A stretch of 63,552 nt of DNA, the filler included, from Choristocarpus tenellus KU-1152 (Eukaryota; Protista; Phaeophyceae): the NCBI GenBank assembly GCA_964200185.2. It is 10 parts of 10 records of this genome, joined end to end, with 100 filler letters (N's around TTAATTAATTAA, not from the genome) between each part and the next. Parts side by side here need not be neighbours in the genome. Positions count along the whole stretch, not along the records: positions 10,354 to 14,152 come from CAXNAD020017861.1; positions 14,253 to 25,688 come from CAXNAD020002320.1; positions 25,789 to 28,403 come from CAXNAD020026255.1; positions 28,504 to 34,059 come from CAXNAD020010437.1; 6 more parts are not named here. One strand, 5' to 3'. The translations under genes and the position numbers were made by a program. The notes under the pieces were generated by a model. The model saw only the letters and a program-made list of their open reading frames with translations, was not told where the DNA came from and ran no database searches. Shown here piece by piece: positions 13,977 through 34,159 of this stretch. Position 1 is the first letter of the stretch, and each line of letters begins with the position of its first letter.

Positions 13977-15054
13977 GTACAGAACAGTGTCAAAACAAAC
14001 AGGACAGGCAGAGGATGAGGGGAAAAGGGGGATGGGGGGGCATATGGGCTTAATTTGTTTTTTGTTCCTCGTTGGGAAAAGGGGGGGGGGGGGCCTGAGC
14101 GCCAAGGCTTTTGCACATGGGGGGGGCATCCTAACTCCCCCCGCGGGTGACANNNNNNNNNNNNNNNNNNNNNNNNNNNNNNNNNNNNNNNNNNNNTTAA
14201 TTAATTAANNNNNNNNNNNNNNNNNNNNNNNNNNNNNNNNNNNNNNNNNNNNGGGTTCGGCGGTGGGCTTGTCGGGTCTCTGGGGGTGGGGAGGGGGGAT
14301 GATCTGAGTGCCAGGGTAGAAGGGTCTGGCTTTATCGGGGGGGGGGGGTTCTGTGCCTGCCTGTGCGAAACTGAAGATCTACCTGAACATCGTTGTGTAG
14401 ATGTGGGATCTGTGCGGAACTTTGACCCCTTAGAAGTGGTGTCTTAAAAATTCTTACTATAGTATGGAACTATAACGGATGAGGGGAACAGTTAGAAGAT
14501 GGAGTTGCGACTAGAGAATCAACAGGAAAAGGAGGGGTGTCTGCCATATTGAGGTTACAAACAATATTCCTTTGATCATGTCTATCTGGCCCAACTAAAA
14601 GGGTCAAGTGCCATCAGCATACTTACAAGTACTACCAATATTGTATGTACACTACAACTTTAGTAGTAGTGTAGTATTTTTTTATTGTAGTAGTATTGTT
14701 AAACAGTAAGTAATAAGGTATTTATTGTACGATGGTACTAGTATCTTTGTTCTTACCAATCATACATACATTTTACATCTAAGGATAGGAAGAACGAAAG
14801 TTTATCAACCCAAAGAACCACTATTTTATATGATACTTACTTACCATCACCACCTACTTGTGGAAGTATTGTTTGTGGATTTTGGTAAATAATACCCCGC
14901 CTTACATCACCTTGCCATACGTATGAACCTCTTCAATAAAATATAAGACTAAACAGTAGGACCATCAGAGATGGAAGTACAATTCTTCACATCTACAACA
15001 CCTACCCCCATTCCACTCCCATTTAGTCCAGATTTGCTACCGTCCGTACCAACG

Positions 15055-22345
<7,291 letters not shown>

Positions 22346-23338
22346 TTCATTGATCATGGTCAATTGATGAAGTCTTGAACAGGGCATCTCTTTTCCCCCC
22401 AAACTTTGATGCATATGATGCATATGTGCAGCCTCATTTTTTTTTTTTCTAATTGTCTTAGTGGGAAGCGCAACTGCTTTCCAGTTGCTTGTATGGATCA
22501 TGGATGTATGTATCACAATGTTGTGGGGGTATCTACCAGAGTAGAAAATCACAGGGGTGGTGTTGCTGCAGCAAGCTGGTAAATTTGCCAATTTCAGTTA
22601 TTGTTGTTGTATAGAGATAGGGGTTTGGTTAGTGGCACAGTGTTACGAATGGTTTTCAACATCATGATAGTGTTTTCTCAAGTTATGATACTACCACGCC
22701 ATTTTATTTTTTGGTACTTGATTTTAAATAAATAGCAGGATTCCAGCACTACACATTCCACGGGTGGATCCATAGTGATGGTTTGATTAGTCTACAGCAC
22801 TGCACTAACTAAGAGACTGATCGAACTCAATTGAGCTTACTTAGTTCTGAGACTTGTATTGCCTTGATGGGGGAGCATGTGAGAGGGAGAGTGAGAGGGT
22901 GTACTAGATGCTTGTATTTGTGTAACAATCATATCAAGTATCCTGTTACATGGATTCCACAAGGATGTTGGAAAATTATGTTGACTTTTTACTGCGGTTA
23001 ACCATTCACTATCACTGTTAAGAGTGTAGAAATCAATGTTACTAATTTTTGTAGTTTTCACAAATATTTTATACATGCATTTTGTACAAGGAAAAGTTTT
23101 GGATAGTACTATCGACATCCTTAAAATGAAACCCTAGCTACCTCTTGTTTATTTGCCTTGGTGAAGTGCTCTATATTTTTTTCTACTAGTACCTAAGTAC
23201 ATGTCCCAAAGGTGTAGAATTTCTGGAGTTTGATACCTTTTGAAGTTGACCAACTTTGCCCAACTACAATGCAACTATTAACTGAGTAGATTCAATACAC
23301 ATATGTTGAGTTTTACCAATCCAAGCAGCATATCATTC

Positions 23339-23499
23339 TAATCATTGGATGCATTCAAAGACTTGCAGTTTAATCATTGTATTCATTCAAAGACTTGCAG
23401 TTTAATCATTGTATTCATTCAAAGACTTAAAGTTTAATCATTGTATTCATTCAAACACTAAAGTTTAATCATTGTATTCATTCAAAGACTTAAAGTTTA
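23339..23499. repeat. 32-bp minisatellite, ~5 copies
   Basis: Unit attcaaagacttgcagtttaatcattgtattc, contiguous with no spacers. Confidence 0.9.
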
Positions 23500-24210
23500 C
23501 TCGTTCTGAAAATTCCTCGTAGTATAGTAGTAAATGGCTTCATGTGAACCAAGGTGTACCTGTTTAGGGCACTACAGATTTGTGTGCTGGTTAAGACAGG
23601 ACAATCAATCGTCATCGTTGTGTTGGCAAATAATATTTTTCTCAATTTAAATGTATTGAAGGCAAAAAAGACACTGCCAATCGTATTTCATAGACCAATC
23701 ACAAGTGCACGCATTCTGTGAAGCGACCATACAAACACCTGGATATAGCTCATGCACAATGTGCTGTTTAACTCTGATTTGATTCTGTGCGTTGGTCTGT
23801 GTGGGGGGTACCTCTACCGACTAATTGTGAAAGAAAACAAAAGAATATGAAACAGTACCAAGTTGGAGTAAGTGAAAGGTAGACAGGGTTGTTTTAGGAT
23901 AATGACAATTTTGGGCAAAATTCGGCTTCATGTACAAGTGTGTAATGATATAGTGTGTAGGAAGGGTGGGCACCTCTCGTTTACTTGAAAAAAAAATGCC
24001 ATAACATGGATGGGATTGGCTCTAGGTTATTGCTGTTAGCGACTCTCCTTCACACTGTTCACCTTTTCATTACATGGTGCATTGTGTTGTCAAATCAGGG
24101 CTACCAGGACTTGTTGCACATGTGCCCATGCCAGCCAATCACATGCGACTCCCACCCTGCCCCCATATGACTAGTAGTACAGTGTGCAGTGCCTCTGATC
24201 ATGGTGTTGC

Positions 24211-25019
24211 GAGCCAGGAGCAAGATGCGTACAGAGGGAAGAATCTTCTCCACAACAATACTTTTTTTTTTACAATCCTTTTTGGTGGTGTTTGTAACAC
24301 GAACATCTTGAAAACATGGAACAATCCAGAAAAACGAAACCTATCAACAATATTTTTTTGTGACTTTTAGGCAGCTTGAGAAAAACCCGACACCAATATA
24401 ATGATGAGAAAAAGATGTGTGATGCAGTAACCGTGTGCTTGGAATGGAATGTTAGTAAAGTGTGAGCGAGTGTGAAAATAAAAATAAAATAAGAATTGAG
24501 TGTAAAACAGGTTTTCACATTCCTACAAACCCCAAACCTAAGGCTATGATGCGATATGGGAAGTGGTAACAGTGTGCTTGGAACGTTTGCAAAGTGTGGG
24601 GGAGTGTAGAACCTAAACAAAAAAAAATGAAAGTTGGAAATAAAAGGAGTTTTCCATTTCCAGAAAACCCTAACTCTAGAGCGATGATCCTTTTCATCTT
24701 TATTTAGTTTATTCAATCCCCCCCACTTTGCCAAGGTTCCAAGCACAATCTTCACTGTTTCCCATCTCTTCTTTTCATCCTTTTCATCATCTTACTGCTA
24801 GGGTAGAGTTTTCTCGACGTGCTGAAAAATGGTGTGCAGAATTTATAGCAAAATCGTGATTTGGAAATTTCGGGCGAAATGTTTTTCATATTTTTGTTTT
24901 TTTTATTGTTTCATGCCCTTTACAATATCCCGGAGAGCACCAAGAAGGTTTTGACTTTGAAAAAAATATCATTTTGTGGAGAAAGTTCTTCCCTGTGTAC
25001 ATATCTTCCTCCTGTGCTC
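24211..25019. mobile_element. Foldback / long-TIR non-autonomous DNA element (~810 bp)
   Basis: Nested inverted matches: 24211-24270 vs 24960-25019, ~24373-24389 vs ~24806-24824, and 24574-24603 vs 24717-24746; termini GAG...CTC. Confidence 0.7.
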
Positions 25020-25609
25020 AACTTGATGCTCCTGGTACACAACAACCCCTCAGGATAGTGCTTATGTAACACCTAGTCAGTAGTTTAGTATCGTAGGTTG
25101 TTCAGTCTGTGGTGTTTCTGACCAGAAACAGGGACAGTGTGGGTGTCGATGTGGCTCAATACTTATATCGGCGACTACCTGTGTAAATTTAGAAGGATCA
25201 AACCCCCTTAAAGCCAGATTTCTTAAAAAAAAAAATTAACTATGCTATTCCACTTGGTAAGCACGATGGATTGTACACGTATACGATCCTGTCTGTCCTA
25301 GCTATAACACCAAGGCACCAGACCAAGATCAAGGTGGAAAACGTCGGGACAGATCTAGCAGAAGCTTTGAGGTAGGATATGGACAGCCTAGTGATGGAAG
25401 TGTGGTGTGGTGATGAGAGTGCTGATCTCAACGTGTGAGAAGCAAGAGCAGGAACAGAGTTGATGCAGTACAATTAGTTATATGCAACAGTAGGAGTTAG
25501 TCAATAGGAAAATCATGCAGTGTGTAGTGCCTGTAGTGCCTCTATAGTGCCCGTAGTGCCTCTGATCACAAATCGGGGATCATGTCTGACTAATGTGTGA
25601 CAAACAACA

Positions 25610-25650
25610 GGGTCAAAGTATCTGGGGGGGGGGGGGGGGGGTGGTAGCCG
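25610..25650. mobile_element. MITE family A-type terminus near contig end
   Basis: gggtcaaagtatct followed by a poly-G tract. Confidence 0.55.
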
Positions 25651-25844
25651 GTTTTACCCCTTTTTTTCATTTTCAATTTTTTGTTTTTNNNNNNNNNNNN
25701 NNNNNNNNNNNNNNNNNNNNNNNNNNNNNNNNTTAATTAATTAANNNNNNNNNNNNNNNNNNNNNNNNNNNNNNNNNNNNNNNNNNNNACACTTCAACTT
25801 TAACGTAATTAACAGGATTTCTCTTCATGCTCTCCTGCTTATGG

Positions 25845-25994
25845 CCCCTAACCAAAATGTTTTTATATTCGCAGTGTCAATATCCTTGTTCCGAAATGCT
25901 TCGGAGTAGGAAAATGTAATAAAAAACCTGTGGGAAGCCAAGCCCCAAATGGACAAACAGGGCAAAATTCGTATCCTCCAAGATGCTTTCATTC
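25845..25994 (+). mobile_element. MITE family B, partial copy (right portion)
   Basis: gtcaatatccttgttccg ... gggaagccaagccccaaatggacaaacagggcaaaa ... agatgctttcattc. Confidence 0.8.
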
Positions 25995-26779
25995 TGTACC
26001 ACCAGCACACACAACATAGGCATAAAACTAGTTTTTGCGACATCCTCTGCTCGTCAAAAGGATGAAACAAAAACCACAAAAAAAGTAACACACACATGTA
26101 ATGCTTCCACCAGTTCACCAAAAATCGCACATGGTTGTTTGAAAATGTTTACTGGCAAATTCTTTGTCTACACATCTGCCTTTTGGTTGCAGTATCAATA
26201 AAAACAACTCACACCTCATCTTTCGTCGCTATGTATCTAAAAAAAATGTAGCGGACATCATCTGTGTGCTTCGTTCTAGTTGAGCTAATGACATTGTGTA
26301 CCAGTTTGCATGTGAACCATTGTTGTCCTCAAACATGCCAATATAACACCTAGGGAAGTGTGGCTGAACAAAATCCAATACACTTCTCAAGAAAGCAACT
26401 CCTATGCGACATTGCTATAGGCCATGCATTCACTCTCCGTTTAAGACAGAGTTACAACCATTTTAGACATTATTTAACTACCAAGATGTTGCTCCTCCAG
26501 CGAACACTATGACTCCCCCAGTCCCTAACCTACGATTATTGCAATCCCCAGAATCACTGGCATCAGCATATATATGCACTCCACTCACACTCAGTACCAA
26601 GACCATAAAAAAATCCAACACTCCGACATGTAATAATACTTGCAAAGGCACTATTAGAAGTTGGTCATACTAAGCATCATCAGAAGAAGCGCTAAGAGCA
26701 TCATCAACATAATTATTTTATTGTATTTTATTGAAAGTTCAGTTAATATTTTTTATTATTTCCTTAACTCTTTGGATTA

Positions 26780-26946
26780 TCATATATTTAGGACAATATC
26801 AGATATGCCTGGAGAATGTGTTATTTTTCCTATATAAATCACATCCGCGCCTGTTCTACCTATTTGTTCAACTATTTCTAAGGAAACATTTCTCATACTT
26901 CAACAATTAATTGCTCTTCTTCCATTAAAAATTCTTATTGCTTCAA
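26780..26946 (-). pseudogene. nadC: Decayed nadC/ModD-like (quinolinate phosphoribosyltransferase) C-terminal fragment, AT-rich
   Basis: Minus-strand translation EAIRIFNGRRA / IVEV* / NVSLEIVEQIGRTGADVIYIGKITHSPGISDIVLNI* resembles the QPRTase C-terminal consensus (EASGN(I/V)TLE..TGVD.IS.G.LTHS...LDISL). Frameshifts and stops lie upstream. Confidence 0.55.
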
Positions 26947-28041
26947 ACTATTTAATATCGTATTTATTTCTTGGTAGGCTCAATGCTTGTCAAAAATATT
27001 CTTCTATCATTACCCTTTCGATTGCAATTACTTGCTAAAGGGATTAATATCGGTTTCGGACATATTTCAATAAATCCCTCATCATACCCAATAGTATCAG
27101 TTGTACCAATACTATCCGAAAAAAGTGCTGGTTTTATGATATGATCGGGTCAATATTCACACTACTTGCGCAAAATAACTTGAGAAAAACTAGTATCCCC
27201 CCTTTTTACACACAAACTGACACCAAATGCAACAAAGGGCTCTTTCTGCAATGGTGCCAAATAACATATTTTTTTACCTTTTTTGGGATCCTTCAAATGC
27301 AACTCTGCTTACCTCTCAGTTGGTTTGATCCTGTATTACTCCTGTGATAAATGCACTCTCGGCCTCCCCGTGGTTCCCTATCTCCCTGTGTAGAAACAAA
27401 TATCTGAACTGGGCTACCTCCTGGATCATTGCCCGTGCCACCCTTATTTTCCATGATGTTTTATAGATAGTGCTTAGTTGTTGTGTAGTCATATCCTAAG
27501 TAAACCAGTAGAGCAATTCGAAGTATTGATTCAAACATCTCATGCCCCATCATCGCAACCTTGTCAAACCAGTCTACCATGGTAGTGAAGGTTGTTACCT
27601 GAAGGTCTGACCCCATAGGCATTTTGACAGTCAACAGCAATGTCTGCAGCTAAGAAATTGTCCAATAACATAGTTTTATCCTTCTGTTGTATGTGCTGAT
27701 ACAAGTATATATCATAGATTTCATGTACGTTTATCTTTGAGGAGATGCAATACAAAGCAGTAACGTGCATAGCGGTATGGTGGGCCTTACCAGTAGTATG
27801 GTGCGCCAGTACTAGTGATATTGGGCACCCAGTGGATAATTAATATTCAGCATATGTTTTACCATGTATCTCAACTTCTAGCTTTCGGCGACGAGTCTTG
27901 CATGAGCCAAGTTCTTCAACACGCATTAAAGACATGGAATTGCAGGATTGGGATATGAAGCAGAAGTTTTGTTAGAGCTGAAACCATAAATAAATATTTG
28001 TTCTTTTTTGTGATGGATGTGGTTCACGGCGAGGAAAGATT

Positions 28042-28343
28042 GTGCGTGTAGTGAAAGCCCTTTATGGCACCAAACAGGCTAGCAGGGAGTTTAATGATCT
28101 GTTGGTGCACGTTTTGGAACAGTGCGGTTTTGAGCAATGCAGAGCAGATCCCTGTGTGTTACACTATGTAAGAAGTGGCGTTTGTGCTGTGATAGCCCCC
28201 CACGTTGATGATCTTTTGGTAGCTGATATAAATGATATTTTGATGTGGGCAACTGTTATGACTAGGCTTGACATTGCAAATGCAGTTCGTGAGGTTACCA
28301 AGTACAGTAGTAATCCCAAAGTCACACATTGGCATGTAGTGAA
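28042..28343 (+). mobile_element. Ty1/Copia reverse transcriptase remnant with internal deletion
   Basis: KALYGTKQASREFN, ADPCV and HVDDLLVA (YVDD-like), then a jump to LMWATVMTRLDIANAV...P...HW. Confidence 0.88.
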
Positions 28344-28403
28344 GACCCAAAATATCTGGGAGGGGGGGGGGGGTCTACACCAAGGTGTCAAATTGGACCA
28401 AAA
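28344..28403. mobile_element. MITE family A terminus inserted in the Copia remnant, truncated by contig end
   Basis: gacccaaaatatctgggagggggggggggtctacaccaaggtgtcaaattgg. Confidence 0.75.
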
Positions 28404-28959
28404 NNNNNNNNNNNNNNNNNNNNNNNNNNNNNNNNNNNNNNNNNNNNTTAATTAATTAANNNNNNNNNNNNNNNNNNNNNNNNNNNNNNNNNNNNNNNNN
28501 NNNTTGACAGGCAATTAATAATTCAGTGTGTGCTTTACCATGTAATTCAACAGCTAGCTTCCGGCGACGAGCCTCATGTGTGCCAAGCTTCTCAACACCC
28601 ATCTACCCATTTGCGAATACTTCAAATGCGGAATAATCCCACCGACTGCTTATCTGTCATCAACTTTACTCAAGGTTATCTTGGGCATATCCGTTGCTTG
28701 TGCCCTTTACGTCGGCTTGACCACTCTCCAAACCTTCAACCACTCAGTACCCCTCGCACCTCTCAGAAAACTTATTAATTTGCATATCTAGAATAAACAT
28801 GCTTCACGTTCGATCTATTTTCCTTTGCGTGCACTCTGTAACCCTCATCATATTACTATTTCTACATGGTTCACCAGGGCGTTGTCGCACTATGCTTCTC
28901 GTCGTTCGTCTCTTGAGTAAACTTCTAAGCATATTCGTGTTGAAGGGAAGATTAATTAT

Positions 28960-30920
28960 ACTACCTACCACACTAACTTTAGATACCGCTAGTGACATCC
29001 CACGCATTTCTTACAAATTTTTCCCTGCCCACACTTCCCTGCAGAGTTTCCGCATTGAACGTATTCCACAAGGCTATATCAACTTATGTTTAACAGATGG
29101 CAGGGCCTTGGCCTTCATGGGGCTTATCAGGTTTTCTCCACAATTAGGTGATATCGCTATTCCAGTTGAAGCTTTGGTGTTGCCCGACTTAGGACCTGAT
29201 GATGTCTTTGGAGCAACACATGATTGGCAGACTCAGATGTTATTGTTCCAAAAATAGTAACACTGTTATACCTACCATACATCGTCCTACCCCTTCTTCT
29301 GATAGTTCATCACTTCCTTTTCAAAAAGGAGCTCTACAAGCCAAGGTTCAAACTATCCATTTCGCCTCGAGGAAAAAAATGCCATTCCCCCAGAATCAGA
29401 CACTCTGTACCTGCTGCAAGTGATAAAACTTGATCTGATACTTGTGATATTGTTTTAGGATCACATATCTGTTCATTTCATGACACTGATCAACTAAATG
29501 CCATTGATCCTAGGCAATTTGTTGCTATTGCTCGAACAGTTACAACGTGGGAGGCTGATGATGGTTCAGGGTTGGTACAATTTGCTACTACTTCTTCACA
29601 AATAGTTCAATTACGAAAAGATACTCTAATTGGTCACACCCTCCCCAGTAGATACAGTCAACACAAAACACAAGATCTCGCATTAGTACTCTATCTTCAA
29701 AATCCCTGCCCTCATCCGAACAAATTTGTCTTGACATTACACTGAAACCCTCTTTCACTAACACAACCTCCTCATCTCCTCAAATACAAGGAACACACTA
29801 TCTCTGTGCCAGATTCCGTTCAGTGTTTTCCCTTGATACCTCCAAATTGGGAACTTGCACAATTGCTGGAGCAGATTTTACTCTCGAATCAGGCACTAGA
29901 CCTGTAAGCCAGGCACCTTACGGAATCAATTCATATTTTAGAGGTATTATTGATAAGTGCGTTGAAGATTTGCAGAAGCGAGGAATAATTGAAGCTCGCC
30001 CTATCCCATAGGGATCCCCTGCTACTATTATAGCCAAAGCAGATGGGACCCAAAGATTCTGCATTGATTATGAAAGGACAAAAAATAAACACCTCACCAA
30101 ACGTTCTTAGCCCACGCCATGCCTTTAGCTGAAGAATATCTCGATTCCATGGGTGCAGCAAAGTTTCTCTCTGTCGCAGATGTACAGTAAGAATACAATC
30201 AAATTCCTGAGGCGGAAACAGATATTGACAATATTGCTTTTGTAACCCATAAAGGCAAGGTTGTATGTAAACAGCTTCCTTTTGTTTGGACTTAGCAATG
30301 CTCCTTTTGTTTTTCAATGCATGATGGCTATAGCTCTATCTGATTTTAGCACGGAGTTAGGTCTACTTTGTTGCATGGACGATCTCATTCTTTGTTCTGC
30401 CACTTGGGAACATCATACAGCTTTGCTTGAAAAGCTTTTTATTGCCCTTCAAAACGCTGGCCTTACTTTATAACCTTCTGAACTGAAGTTTGGCCCGGTA
30501 TAAGTGAAATACCTTGAACAGATCGTTTCTAGTGGAGGGGTAGGCTTGCATTCAAGCTGTGTTGATCTTCCCACACCTCGAAAACAAAGATGTTCGTTCT
30601 ATCCTTGGTGTGTGCAATTTTTGTTGAAAGTTTATGCCACATTATGCAGATCTGACGGAACCTATACTAAAACTCACTCCAAAACAGTTCTTATCATGCC
30701 CTTCTGGTGAATTAGGAAAAGCATGGACATCAATCCATGATACTGCATTTACCAAATTAAAGGGGGGTTGACCTTGCCCTCTCTCTTACACTATACTAAT
30801 TTTTCATATTCATTTGTGGTACATGTGGATGCATCAAATTTGGGCAGCGGTGGTTTTCTAGCTCAAAGAGCGTCAGATGACCCAACTGACACCTCACTTC
30901 ATATTGTAGCCTTGTTAAGC
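28960..30920 (+). mobile_element. Ty3/Gypsy pol remnant (protease-RT-RNase H), pseudogenised
   Basis: LDTAS (protease), GIIEARP..SPATIIAKADGTQRFCIDY, FGLSNAPFVFQ, CMDDLIL, LQNAGLTL, FVVHVDASNLGSGGFLAQ; many stops and frameshifts. Confidence 0.9.
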
Positions 30921-31353
30921 TGTCCTTGGCGATCTGTTGTCCCACACAACTAGTTATATTATTGTTTATTAACTTGTACCACAGTTAAGAAGAGAGTGAG
31001 ATACCTTCACTAGGTGGGGCTCACCAATCCTAACATTGAATCTATTTCCCGTCAGAAACACTCCGACTCTAATAGTCCGTCGGTTTCTTCCGATCAAATA
31101 CCCCGCCTAAATATCCCGAATGTTCCGCACTATTTTCTGTGCGTATATAAAATAATACTTCCAATCATATTCTCATAAATGGTCAAGCATAATCTTGACA
31201 AACCATTAAAGTTGCGCCGCAGATGTTCCTCCCATTTTGGCTATTATTTGATCGAGGCATAGCTCCTGTTCACCGAACTTTGTTCATTCATGCATACAAA
31301 CCTTCAAAAGCTCTTGTCATAATAAGCTTTCATTGGGTATATATATTGTTGTA

Positions 31354-33013
31354 CTACCTCTGTGCCATGAGTTTGTGCCTCGAAACATCTGGGCTCGCCA
31401 AGCGAGAACGGCACTGAATCGGACGATAACCCCACAGAATGAAATCGGGTTGACAATCTCAGCTTTCAGAAAAGGTGGGGGTTGAGGATCATCAGGTACA
31501 AACTCGAGGTGTTTCAAGTCGTCAAAGCAGGTGTCTTTTGGGGTGATTTTGAGACCAGAACTGGGCACGTCGAGGGTCAGAACGCCGGCATGGCAACCCC
31601 CCTTCGACCCCCCCACGTAAGAAGCGTTCCCAAGTATCCCTGAATACCAGGGTTGCACTTGCCGTGCGGCGCACCCTCGCGATGGTCCCTGGTGAGCATA
31701 AACTGCCGCAACATGTTGGGCCGGCCCTCGCAGTGGAGTTTGGAGTGTCCGAGCGTTACATGTGATGGCTCTGGGAGGACGTCGCCGATCAGCTCGCCCG
31801 TGGCCACACGCTTGACCTAGGGGTGGCAGTACGTAGTGGGTGGCCTTCGGAGCTCACACCGACCAAGATGGTTGCGAAACATAGTACAAACTCCGATAAT
31901 CGGCCATCCACAATGCATCAGGTGACAATAAAGATGGCCGCCAAGGGACTGAATTATAGCACAAGCACCATAAACAGGTGGTTGGATGATATGGGGGCTA
32001 TGCCGAATCACCGCTGGATCAAACCCAAGTATAAATCGTGGCAAAAGGTATGGAGAATGGACTTTGTTTGTGATCAAGTGGACTGGAAACGTGGTGTGTA
32101 CGCCTCCAGGCAAACATCATCCATGTGGATGAAACCTGGTTTTACGTGATGGCTGATGGGGAAAGTGATATGGTATTTCCGCATGAGGATGTTAGAGACC
32201 TTCCAGGGTCCCCTACTGTGCAGTACAAGAGTCTTATCCCCATAACCATGATCACTGCAGCCAATGCCTGTCCAGATTCAGCTCACACAGCTCTGATGGA
32301 AAGATGTGGTGTTTGGCGTGTGTGTGCGCCAAAAACGGCAGACAGGACAAGCAAGAACCATAAAAAGGGGGATGTGTATTAACAGGGCTGTTCTTTAGAC
32401 CATTTGCAGTACAGAAAGTCGTACAAGGAGGAGTTAGTACCTCCAATCAAGACCAAGATGCCTTGGTTGCAAGGGAAGCATATTGTTGTTCAGCAAGACG
32501 GTGACACTCCCCACACGGGCAAGGGCAAATCAGAAATCTTGTCAGCGGAAGGGAAGACTGAGGAGTGGTCTATTAGGCTTGTAACGCAGCCATCTAACTC
32601 CCCCGACTTCAATATCACAGACCTGTGCTTCTTCAGGTCTTTGAAATGCCGGGTGATGGGGGAGCGGTTTGGATCCATCGAGGAGATGGTGAGGGTCACC
32701 AAGAAACAGTGGCAGCTCCTTTTTGTGGTGTACAATCAAGTACTTAGATATAAAGTGAGGAATGACTTCAGTGTGGAGCACACAGGAGTAAGGAAGAGGC
32801 AGTTGCCTGGTGAGCTTGAAAACGCGACGAAGGTAGGCATGGAGGTCTTTTTTGTGGCTGATAAAATTGTGATGGATGAGGAGTAGTAAAAAAAAAAGAG
32901 CTGAACCTAACCAGAAATTCGTCAAGGATTACAAATCTTCTTTCAGAAATAAATTTCATCAACACCTCCAAATGTTATGGACAACGCGGCACAGACTTAT
33001 GGCACGGAGGTAG
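31354..33013 (+). mobile_element. Tc1/mariner DNA transposon of the plant-mariner (DD39D-like) type, full length 1660 bp, transposase pseudogenised
   Basis: TA|CTACCTCTGTGCCATGAGTTTGTGCC ... GGCACAGACTTATGGCACGGAGGTAG|TA (TIRs plus TA TSD). Motifs DETWF, QQDGDTPH and QPSNSPDFNITDLCFF are spread over shifted frames. Confidence 0.92.
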
Positions 33014-33837
33014 TATAATTCTTGTGGTATTACAGTGAAAAAAAGTAAGATTGCTCCAGACCCCTAAGTTACTGGTACCACCTTACCTCAAAGTCTAATA
33101 TCATACGGAGTTCATGATGATCAACAGAGAATAATGATACCCAGTGCAGTAGACATTTTCTACTTAAGGATTTTCTTTACCTGTCACACCTCCATCTTCT
33201 CTGAACAATTCAATCAAGATACTGATTTAAAAGGAAATACTCGTACGAAATCGATAGTCTGTTTGGGTATTTATATTTGGGTCTCTTTTCAATTCTTGCC
33301 ATCTTCGGGTTCACCTTTTCTTGCGTTCCTTTTGTTAAAGTATCCCCCGACTCATGTATGGATATGAGTGATAATTATAGGGATAGTGCCAAATGTTGTA
33401 GACGGGCGATATCTTAAAAGACGGGGCGACCATACAACCTTAAAGCTGGTCAATAATCAATTCATATCCATCCATTCATATACAAGAGCAAGTATGGGCT
33501 TATCAACTTATAACTCTTGTATACTGACTCTAAAACCAATAATGTGTTCTATCAAAGGTATTCTTTGGTATGAGATAGACTATTATGTGGATGCATGTGC
33601 ACGTGGATGATTTGAGGTGTACATTATTATCCTCCACATGGTTCATTGTTCGCTCTTGTGTAAATACCAAGCCTGACACCAGTGGGGACACTCTTATTCG
33701 AATAATACTCCGGAGTACATAGTAAGTCGTCAAAGGAAACAAACACTTGTGGCATCATTGTCGTCATTCAGGGATCATTGAAGTCCTTCAACAGTGCTCA
33801 TGGCAATAGCGACTTCAACTAAGGCCATATCGACCAA

Positions 33838-34010
33838 GGCTCAAAGTATCTGGGAGGGGGTGGTAGGTGTCCATTTGGGGACCATTCTTCCATGTCGCGT
33901 TTTTTGGGTGATTTGGTTCATGCGTCGGATGGATAATGTAAGTGCACTCTTCCTGTTCAGGGTCCAAATGGACACCCTGGTGTAGACCCCTGCCCCCCCC
34001 CCCCCCCCCC
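33838..34010. mobile_element. MITE family A copy, right end lost in a poly-C tract at the contig end
   Basis: GGCTCAAAGTATCTGGG...GTCCATTTGG...CCAAATGGACACCCTGGTGTAGACCCC. Confidence 0.85.
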
Positions 34011-34159
34011 CCCCCCCCCTCCCCCCCCCCCCTGTCGCAACCCCCCACGACGCCCGGCCNNNNNNNNNNNNNNNNNNNNNNNNNNNNNNNNNNNNNNNNN
34101 NNNTTAATTAATTAANNNNNNNNNNNNNNNNNNNNNNNNNNNNNNNNNNNNNNNNNNNN

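Noticed and set aside
23339-23499. 32-bp repeats as a CRISPR array
   Set aside because: Head-to-tail units without spacers.
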